From the NCBI RefSeq assembly GCF_006345805.1, contig NC_042998.1:19902001-19966000 (forward strand): a stretch of DNA of 64,000 nt, read 5' to 3'. This DNA is from Octopus sinensis. Lineage: Eukaryota. Shown piece after piece: positions 54,415-64,000 of the stretch. The notes under the pieces are model-generated. The model was not told where the DNA came from. It ran no database searches and worked only from the letters and a program-made list of their open reading frames with translations. The first letter of the stretch is position 1. Each line of letters starts with the position of its first letter. A program made the position numbers and the translations under genes.

Positions 54415-54482
<68 letters not shown>

Positions 54483-54576
54483 ATATATATATACACAATT
54501 GCAGCGTGGAAGGTGTTTATAAGCCATTTAAGAAACACACAAAAGCCGTTCGATTCACTCCAACATTTAAGTTTAA

Positions 54577-54626
54577 TTTGTCAAAATATTTTCGTCGCTA
54601 AAATCCGCGACCTGTTCACTGACAAA
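54577..54626 (-). ncRNA. Hammerhead-like motif with G3-C8 covariant core
   Basis: UUUGUCA-GUGAACA-G-GUCGC GGAUUUUA GCGAC-GAAAAUAUUU-UGACAAA: 7-bp stem I, 5-bp stem II, palindromic stem III AAUAUU. Confidence 0.7.
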
Positions 54627-54643
54627 GTCCGCGCATCACGGAC

Positions 54644-54693
54644 TTTGTCAGTGAACAGGTCGCGGATTTTAGCGACAAAAATATTTTGACAAA
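54644..54693 (+). ncRNA. Inverted copy of the G3-C8 hammerhead-like motif with a G12A substitution (54677)
   Basis: Same as 54577-54626 except GCGAC-AAAA instead of GCGAC-GAAA. Confidence 0.6.
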
Positions 54694-55011
54694 TTAAACT
54701 TAAATGTTGGAGTGATCGAACGGCTTTTGTGTGTCTTAAATGGCTTATAAACACCTTCCACGCTGCATTGTTTTCGTTTCAGCACACGATCTCAGATCAA
54801 ATTACTTGCTATGCGAGTACATCTCCGTAATATATATATATATATATATAGATAGATAGATAAATAGACAGATTGATCGATAGATAGATAAACAGATATA
54901 TCGGTAGGTAGATAAGTACATAGATAGGTAAACAGATAGATAGATCGGTAGGTAGGCACATAGATACGTAGATAGATAGATAGATAAACAGACAGACAGG
55001 CAGACAGATAG

Positions 55012-55225
55012 AGCTTTTACTCTTTTCAGTCATGCACAGCGGACATGCTGATGTACCATCTGAAAAGTTTTAGTCGGACCAATAGGCCCCAGTACTATTG
55101 TTTAAGCTCTGATACTTATCATATCGGTATTCCACGCCGAACCGCTGCTTCGAGGGCCGTAAATACACCGACACCCTATATTAAGAATTGGTGGGGGACC
55201 AACATAAACACACACGAACACACAC
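55012..55225 (-). mobile_element. SINE family E 3' half (duplicated at 55745-55960)
   Basis: CTTTTACTCTTTTCAGTCATG...TAAACACACACG; diverged match to 28061-28270. Confidence 0.7.
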
Positions 55226-55239
55226 AAACATATATATAT

Positions 55240-55318
<79 letters not shown>

Positions 55319-55397
55319 ATTGCAGCGTGGAAGGTGTTTATAAGCCATTTAAGAAACACACAAAAGCCGTTCGATTCACTCCAACATTTAAGTTTAA

Positions 55398-55447
55398 TTT
55401 GTCAAAATATTTTCGTCGCTAAAATCCGCGACCTGTTCACTGACAAA
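55398..55447 (-). ncRNA. Third copy of the G3-C8 hammerhead-like motif (intact)
   Basis: Identical to 54577-54626. Confidence 0.7.
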
Positions 55448-55982
55448 GTCCGTGATGCAGCACGGACTTAAATGGCTTATAAACACCTTCCACGCTGCAA
55501 TTGTTTTCGTTTCAGCACACGATCTCAGATCAAATTACTTGCTATGCGAGTACATCTCCGTAATATATATATATATATATATAGATAGATAGATAAATAG
55601 ACAGATTGATCGATAGATAGATAAACAGATATATCGGTAGGTAGATAAGTACATAGATAGGTAAACAGATAGATAGATCGGTAGGTAGGCACATAGATAC
55701 GTAGATAGATAGATAGATAAACAGACAGACAGGCAGACAGATAGAGCTTTTACTCTTTTCAGTCATGCACAGCGGACATGCTGATGTACCATCTGAAAAG
55801 TTTTAGTCGGACCAATAGGCCCCAGTACTATTTTTTAAGCTCTGATACTTATCATATCGGTATTCCACGCCGAACCGCTGCTTCGAGGGCCGTAAATACA
55901 CCGACACCCTATATTAAGAATTGGTGGGGGACCAACATAAACACACACGAACACATACAAACATATATATATATATATATAT

Positions 55983-56311
55983 ATACTAAGCAATAAGGGT
56001 TTAGCAACGAGTTGCCTTACCACATACCGAATTTAGAAATAGCAGTCAAAGGTTATAGCTATTTCTTCTACTAAAAAGGGAGATCTCAGTAAAAACAGCA
56101 TTACTGAGATCTCCCTTTTTAGTAGAAGAAATAGCTATAACCCTTTGACTGCTATTTCTAAATTCGGTATGTGGTAAGGCAACTCGTTGCTAAACCCTTA
56201 TTGCTTAGTATTACTTAAATTTTCCTCGAATGAGGCTTTTACATGCCGAGACTACTTGGTGTAATTGATAATTTTTCCAAATTAATTAATTTCACCCTTC
56301 ATTATTACGGA

Positions 56312-56320
<9 letters not shown>
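55983..56320 (+). mobile_element. Near-perfect hairpin (~110-bp arms, 8-nt loop, 55983-56212) plus tail to (TA)n; relative of the 9531-10140 family
   Basis: Shared motifs AATAAGGGTT..., TTACCACATACCGAA, TAGAAATAGCAG; one indel between the arms. Confidence 0.85.
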
Positions 56321-56364
<44 letters not shown>

Positions 56365-56368
<4 letters not shown>

Positions 56369-56760
56369 CAATACTAGCAAAGGGTAAAATTAATTAATTA
56401 AGAAGTAATCAGTAATTTCACCAAGTAAAATTCGACATGAAAAAGACCATTTCATGGTAAGCTTAAGTAATACTTTATAATTAGGGTTCAGCAAAGATTT
56501 GCTTCACCACATACCGAAGTTTAGAAATAGCAGTCAAAAAAATCTTAGCTATTCTTTCAACTTTAAAAGGGACTCCCAGAAAAACCAAAGTACTTGAAAA
56601 CAATCCACGCAGGCAAAAGGGGAAAAATAACGAAAATCAATCGATATTAGGTTACCGACGTACGCGCGTTTCGGAATTAGATCGGTATAAAGAATAAAGA
56701 ATTATACTTTACCAGATCATTTTCGACTCGTGGGATTCCTCCAACTTTAATTATTAAATA
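56365..56760 (-). mobile_element. Second relative of the 9531-10140 family, tail-to-tail with the previous element across (TA)n
   Basis: Reverse complement matches 9850-10135. A remnant GAAACGCGCGUA lies at 56661-56672 (minus), where the hammerhead 3' half is expected. Confidence 0.7.
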
Positions 56761-57177
56761 TTAAATTCGAAGGCACTGGAAAATATCTCTCCTCCTAAAT
56801 GGTCGGGTAAAAACCATCATTGATAACGAGTTACCTAATCCATAGCTGAAGAGGAAGGACATGACCGGAGAAACGTAAGAACATATTCACAAGATATGTA
56901 TTTCCTTTAATTTAAAGAAATTAAACACAAATTTCTTAATCGCCCGAGAAAAAAAGGAGAAAATTAATTATGGTGCTAAAATCAGATTATTTGTTTATAT
57001 TATATAGCTAAGTATTCGTAATGGTGAAAATTTGATAAGTGATCGTAATGAGGTTATATCTTAGATGGTTTGCACTTTTATTTGTATTGTGAAACTATGT
57101 TTTCAATGAGGCAAACATGGGTAAATATTCCTCTTTACTAGATACCTCTAACAATTTTTCTTTGCTAGCAATGTTCG

Positions 57178-57562
57178 TTCCTACTTAAGGCACAAGGTCC
57201 GAAATTTTGTGGGGAGAGGGCCAGTCGATTACATCGACCCCAGTACCCAGCTGGTACTTAATTTATCGACCCCGTAAAGATGAAAGGCAAAGTCGACCTC
57301 AGCGGAATTTTTAACTCAGAACGTAACGGCAGATGAAATACCTATTTCTTTACTACCCACAAAGGGCCAAACACAGAAGGGACAAATAAGGACAGACAAA
57401 CGGATTAAGTCAATTACATCGACTTCAGTGCGTAGCTGGTACTTATTTAATCGACGGCAAAAGGATGAAAGGCAAAGGCGACCTCGGCGGAATTTGAACT
57501 CAGAACGTAGTGGCAGACGAAGTACCGCAAAGCATTTCGCCCGACGTCCTACCGATTCTGCC
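57178..57562 (-). mobile_element. Dimeric SINE family B
   Basis: Same architecture as 50343-50739. Confidence 0.85.
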
Positions 57563-58997
57563 GTTAAAGGAGAAAAGGTAAAGTCAACCTCAGCTCCTTA
57601 TTCTTTGCTAGCAATGTTATCACATTGCCTATTTTACTCTATCAAATGCCATAACATTGCAATGCGTTTGCACTACGCTGAGCTTCTGAGCAATAGCTGA
57701 ACCTCAATATAATTATGATAAGGAAACTCTAAGATATTGTCGCAATAATGGTCAGGAGATTAACGAAGTTCTTTTAGAACCATATTCGATGGTAAGGGTA
57801 ATACTATATAATTTATTTCATAAATTCATATTTTCCTTTTAAATAATACACAAAATGCCTTTCTTTGGAATATGGAAGAAATTGGTTTTGTTAAAACCGA
57901 ATCAATTTCAAACATTAGTATGCTTACATTTGTAGTAAAACGGAGGAAACTGACTAGATATTCGCAACACCACTAAGAAGCAAACCCGCACATTTTTAGC
58001 TAAAGAGTTTTCTACGAAAAGGAAAGTGTGTCAGCTGTCGATTCAAATGCTAAATGAGCAGTTTACCAGTTCTAGGTACCCTCCAAATGTGTGTATGTAT
58101 CATTCGAATAATTGGTAGTTAAAAAACGAAAGCGAATGGATTGTTCAAAACGAACATAGTTCCTATGTTGGATTTTATGGGTGAGAGAAATGTTGATGGT
58201 CATTCCTTAAGAGTACTAAGCCTGAATTTTTTTATCTTCAGGGCGAGACAGAATTCCATTTAACTTGAACAAGATTTACCAAAATCTGGCCCCAGGTCAA
58301 AGGAGGAACATCCATATTCTAAAGACAGTTGCTGAAAAGAATAATTTTCACTCTAAGAGATGTATACGAATAACACATGTAAATGCTTAAATTCGCAAAC
58401 AGACACACACAGACACACACGCGCACGCACGCATATATGCTAAATAATATACACTTCCAACGAATTGTACGTGATAAAACTAATCATATATCCAAATAAA
58501 AGTAAAATAGTAATGAGGCACGTAATAAGATATTGGATTTGGCGTTGAATATATTTGGAATTAAATAAAATAACGGGAATAGCTAAACCCAGAATAATTC
58601 AGAATAAAAGAAAGAAGTATATTTATATCGGATGACCAACGGAAAGAAAATCAATAAGATTTAATGTCTAAGACGGGAATCACAATATATAATTAGGGAA
58701 TATTTAATCAAAGTATATTTAAAGTTCATTTAATTAAATATTACATACTAAAAGATTACATAAGTTACACATGTTGATTTTCAATATCCTTGAACCAATT
58801 CATCACCTCAAGAGTGTTAAATCACAAGCGGAGTCTATTTTTGAGAGAAAGAGTAAGGATAATACTTCCTGCGGTATATCAGTCTGACGAATGAAATTCT
58901 GTTTTTGGCGCTTAAGATTAATCCTAAGGGTTTTCACTATGAAAGATTCTGTACTATCCTCAAACGATATTTTGACTTTCCGGATGGATTTGATTAA

Positions 58998-60437
58998 TAG
59001 AGAATAGGATAAACGTCAAATATTGTAAGAATCCCTCAAAATGTGATACAAAGATGCAATTTGATACACTTCTAATATAAAACATCCTGTTTAAGATAGG
59101 CATCATTGCCAACGTGAAAATCGGCAATGCCGGTCAATAATATCCAAGACAGCATCCAACAGTGAAGAAGATAGAAAATTCCTTCAAAAGCTGACACAAA
59201 TATGTAGTCAGGCACATGTATAGTATAAAACATGATCTTTAAGATAGGCATGATTGCCAAAGTGAAAATCAAAATGGTGGCCAAAATCCAAGATGGCGTC
59301 CAACATTGAAAGTTAATAATTGCGATGAACAGGAAATAAGTTTAATTATAATCAAGTTTATTTATTATGCAATATATTACATAAATGTGGAGGTACATGG
59401 ACTAGAAGTTAGAGCAGCGGGCTCGCGGTTAGGAGATCACGAGTTCGGATCTCAGACAGGGTGATGTGTGTGTTTATGAACGAAACACCTAAACTCCACG
59501 CGGCTCCGTCAGAAGGAAATGGCGAACTTCTGCTGAGTCTTTCTCCACAACTTTCTCTCATTCTTTCAGCTCACCTGCGAAGGACAGGCGTCCCGTCCAG
59601 ATGGGTAACCTATGCGCCAAGGAAACCGGGAAACTGGCCCTTATGAGCCAGGCGTGGCTCGAGAAGGAACAAACAACAACAATGTTACATAAATAGCTTT
59701 ATATTTACCTTTTGAAGCATTTTTCTATCTTCTTCCTTAGTTCAAGTTATACATATTATGCAGAGCTACATATCAGAGGGTGCATATATGGGGCCAGATT
59801 CTGCAGGCGAAACCAGCGCTGCAATCATGTATCACCTAGGGGTTGAAAAGTAATGACGATGGCACATACACTATCCACTTGACTAAGAGTCATAGCAGAA
59901 CAATGCCAAGCACTTAAAAAGTGCCAGTGCACAACTGAGTGTGCAGGACGTTGCACATGCACTTCCCTTTGTGCCAGTCTATGCATTTGATGATGAAACC
60001 TGTATAACATGAATTAGTGAAGAAAATAGTAGAATAAATGGTAAATATAATGCTATTTTTATAAAATATTGCATAAATAACTTTTATTATAATAAATGTT
60101 ATTTCCTGTTCATCGCAATTATTAGTTTATAATGTTGGACGCCATCTTGGATTCTGGCAGCCATTTCGATTTTTCACGTTGGCAATCATGCCTATCTTAA
60201 ACAGAATATTCTAAACTATAGGTGTGCCAGACGGCATATTTGTATCACCTTTAGAAGGATTATTCTACTATCTTTTTCACTATAATGTTGGATGCCATCT
60301 TGGATTTTAGCCGCCATTTTCGATTTTGACGTTGGCAATCAGGCCTATCCTAAAGAGCATGTTTTAAACTAAAAGTGTGCCAGATTGCATAATTGTATTA
60401 CATTTTGAAGGATAGGATTTTTCTATCTTCTTCACTA
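58998..60437 (+). mobile_element. Academ-like DNA transposon deletion derivative with ~430-bp TIRs and a Cys-rich transposase C-terminal remnant
   Basis: Long imperfect TIRs (~59030-59752 minus the SINE, and ~60000-60437) with internal ~120-bp repeats containing CAAGATGGCG. Internal RATYQRVHIWGQ...CQALKKCQCTTECAGRCTCTSLCASLCI. Tentative TAG...CTA ends with TAA TSD. Confidence 0.6.
59387..59684 (+). mobile_element. SINE (family A head, RTE-like 3' tail) inserted in the left TIR, 10-bp TSD
   Basis: TSD TTACATAAAT at 59377-59386 and 59685-59694; tail AGAAGGAACAAACAACAAC. Confidence 0.85.
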
Positions 60438-61264
60438 TAAGTGTTCTTGATTTAGTTTTATAGTTCTTATTTAGTTTCTTCTGTACAAAGGAAAGAAGTC
60501 ATGAACAATCAAATATGTAAAAAATAGCGTTACTTGTCACATGACTGGTATATTGTTGATACCAAGATAATGTAGTGAATTATGTCATACGCACAGTGTA
60601 TATAATTTAACAGACAAAATTTCATTTTTTGGCTCTTATAGAAAATGATAAAATGAATACAAGTTTTTAAACGGTAATGTTTATTGCCTAAAAGTGTAGT
60701 TACATAAAACAAATTTCACATTTACATAACTCTGCCTATAAAAGTTCTGCTATTTAATCCCTGTTCTTTTTTGTGTCTACAATGCTTTCTCTGCCGCTAT
60801 GTCCGTAGAGCGTTCTTTTACTCATTGCCTGCTATCAAACCTTTTTGCGTGCAACCATCGTGTAACTATATAGGTTAACTCATCGCTTTTTTTTACTCTC
60901 TCCCTCTTTTCCATACAATGTAAAACGTAGCTGGAGAAATCAACCAACATATGTATCGGCTACTAACAATAGTAGATTAGATCTATCTAACACATTTAAG
61001 TTGTTTACCTACAAATCTTAAACATACTAATGACTAAATAATTTTTTTTTAACTGCGAAAATACAGAAAGGAAAGATGAGATTAGGAAACAATGCAGTTC
61101 TGAATTTCTTTTACAAAATACATATTCCTAGTCATAGAATTCTATTACGACGAACATATTCAAAGATTTTGAAAACAAACAAACATCTTACAAATATCCC
61201 ATGTGTGTTCATTGAAACTGTCTCGCATTTCATGTATCCCTCTGAGTGTATCTCCGAATGCATT

Positions 61265-61315
61265 CGCACACATATACACACACACATACATACATACACA
61301 CTCATATATGCATAC

Positions 61316-61354
<39 letters not shown>

Positions 61355-61569
61355 GATACATATATATATATATACATATATATATATTACATACATATAT
61401 ACATTCATATATATATACATATATATATATACATTCATATATATATACATATATATATACATCTATATATATACATATATATATACATTCATATTATATA
61501 TACATATTATATACATTCATATATATAATAATATATATATATATATATATACATATATATTACATACAT

Positions 61570-61601
<32 letters not shown>

Positions 61602-61778
61602 TATTATATATATATATACATATATATATACATACATATATATATATATACATATATATATACATACATATACATATATATATACATACATATACATATA
61701 TATATACATACATATATATATTATATATATATATACATATATATATACATACTATATATATACATACATATATATATA

Positions 61779-61818
<40 letters not shown>

Positions 61819-62243
61819 CATATATATATACATACATATATATATCATACATATATATATATACATACACATATATACATATATATATATATATCTACAT
61901 ACACATATATATTAATATATATATATATACATACATTCATATATATATATATATATATATACTAAACATTCATATATATATATATATATATATATACATA
62001 ACATTCATATATATACATACTATATATTATATATATATACATATATATATATATATAACTATATATACATACACATATATATATATATTACATATATATA
62101 TATACATATATATATATACATACACATATATATATATATATACTACATATATATATATATACATACATATATATATATATATATACATACACATATATAT
62201 ATATATATATACACATATATATATATATTACACATATAATATA

Positions 62244-62297
<54 letters not shown>

Positions 62298-62303
62298 CAC
62301 ATA

Positions 62304-62345
<42 letters not shown>

Positions 62346-62715
62346 ATATATATACATACACATATATATATATATATATATATACATACACATATTATAT
62401 ATATCCACATATATATATATATATAATATACATACACCATATATATATATATATATATATATACATACACATATATATTATATATATACATACACATATA
62501 TATATATATAATACATACACATATATATAATATCTATATATACATACACATATATATATATATATATACATACACATATATATATTATACATACACATAT
62601 ATATATATATATACATACACATATATATATATATACATACACATATATATATACTATATATATATACATATACATATATATATATACATATATATATATA
62701 CATATATATATATAC

Positions 62716-62756
<41 letters not shown>

Positions 62757-62786
62757 TATAATATATACATATATATACTATATATA

Positions 62787-62822
<36 letters not shown>

Positions 62823-62860
62823 TATATATATACATACATACATACATATGCATAAATATA
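61265..62860. repeat. ~1.6-kb compound (TA)n/(TACA)n microsatellite
   Basis: Direct inspection. Confidence 0.98.
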
Positions 62861-63557
62861 CATGTATATTCCACTTGTGCACATTGGTAAAATAGCTTTT
62901 CTCTATACGTAGACACACGTATCTAATCGACATCACACAACGTATATCTTTCGTGGATCAGATTAGTACATCGCCATCCATCGGACATTCTTTCAAGCTT
63001 CCTGAACATTTCACACTATTCCTACATCTTACTCGTATTTTCAAATTTTAGGTGAAATATTTGCCCTTTTCAGACTCCTACTTACTTTCGTTATATGTTT
63101 GTACAAACTATAACTAACATCCAACTTACTATGTGCTTCATTAATATCCTTATTTCCGAACACTGAAACTTCCCTTCTCATATATAGGCTTTCACACCAC
63201 TCACCTACCGATCACGCCCACCCAGACTACATGTGGTCTAATCAACGCCCTCATACTCCCACACGTCTCTATACAAACACATACATCACAGCTAGTTATA
63301 CACTCTTCAAGAAACAGGCACTCTCATATACGTCCATATACACACGACACACACTCTTTCCGTTTCACACTAACCGTAAAATAGAATAGCCGCCTGTTTT
63401 CTAACATTCACTCTTTTTTCAGTGACTATTTCTCTTTCAAACTACCCCAACCCGACCATGATAATCTTTTCCCTTAAGATAACTTATTTGTCCCACTTTA
63501 TTTTACCTCCTTGTTATTTTTTTTCGTAAACTCTCGCTATATATATATATATATGAA

Positions 63558-63700
63558 AATCAGTAAGTTGTCATAATAATACTCGGAGTTTCAAATACTG
63601 GAGCTAAAAGCTTCTAGGCATTTTCAACTGATGAAAAATGCATAGAAGCTTTTAGCTCCAGTATTTGAAACTCTGAGTATTATTATGACAACTTACTGAT
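63558..63700. repeat. Fold-back hairpin (~70-bp arms) abutting (TA)n, with a hammerhead core at its apex
   Basis: AATCAGTAAGTTGTCATAATAATACTCGGAGTTTC...GCATTTTCA paired with its reverse complement. Confidence 0.92.
63625..63682 (+). ncRNA. Type-I hammerhead motif, stem I truncated by the inversion
   Basis: CUGAUGA-A-AAAUGC[19 nt]GUAUUU-GAAAC UCUGA GUA; predicted cleavage after 63679. Confidence 0.7.
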
Positions 63701-64000
63701 TCTCCTGTATTATATATTTATAGATAAGTTCCTCTATTTACATAATATCGAGGTTCCATTCATTCTTTTGTTGCCATATTTCATTCGAGAATTCATTTGT
63801 TTTTATTATGAAATTTGAAATTGCATACTAGTTTCAACAATTCATTTCACAAGTGGAGGACATTTAAAATAGAGAATACCGGAATTTGTCGGAATTTCGT
63901 TCTGTTTCATTCTGCCGAAATAAAATGTACTGCGTCTCATTGCTTTGATAAATATATTGAACTATTGCATCAGCACTTTGAAATAAATTCAGGATTCTGA

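Larger units (their letters stand above)
54494..54830 (+). mobile_element. Fold-back element (arms ~54497-54631 / 54639-54770) plus tail, flanked by (TA)n
   Basis: Near-perfect palindrome centred on GTCCG CGCATCA CGGAC; tail ...GTACATCTCCGTAA(TA)n. Confidence 0.9.
54494..55985. repeat. Tandem segmental duplication (~820-bp unit; 2nd copy has a ~90-bp deletion)
   Basis: Identical ORFs at 54809/55542 and 55045/55778 (offset 733); unit starts at 54494 and 55315 (offset 821). Confidence 0.92.

Noticed and set aside
56843-56880. CTGAAGA...GAAACGTA as a hammerhead
   Set aside because: Stem II is only 2 bp and out of register, and there is no stem I partner.
61076-62916. Numerous YI/IY-rich ORFs (also at 14.8, 17.7, 18.6, 22.8, 33.1 and 54.4 kb)
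   Set aside because: Stop-free translations of (TA)n repeats.

Overview
AT-rich, microsatellite-saturated eukaryotic DNA with no confidently identifiable host protein-coding gene. The SINE and repeat repertoire looks like an Octopus (coleoid cephalopod) genome, intronic or intergenic; this is inference from remembered repeat families, not a database result. Recognisable content: about 25 tRNA-derived SINE copies of 4-5 families; an internally deleted mariner; Tigger/Tc1-type MITEs; two non-autonomous Helitrons; an Academ-like deletion derivative; 3' ends of CR1-, RTE- and HERO-like LINEs; two Penelope-like (PLE) GIY-YIG fragments; a 3.2 x ~634-bp tandem array; and a ~0.8-kb tandem duplication. 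The most striking unexplained structure is about ten inverted-repeat (fold-back) elements, almost all docked on (TA)n tracts. Many carry type-I hammerhead ribozyme motifs with palindromic (dimer-type) stem III. These include an ~880-bp palindrome with two intact hammerheads, and a family whose core reads GUGAACA (G3-C8 covariation) instead of CUGANGA. The best reading is a diverse set of ORF-less, hammerhead-bearing PLE-derived (retrozyme-like) elements targeting TA microsatellites. All alignments and folds were done by eye, and coordinates are approximate to a few bases.
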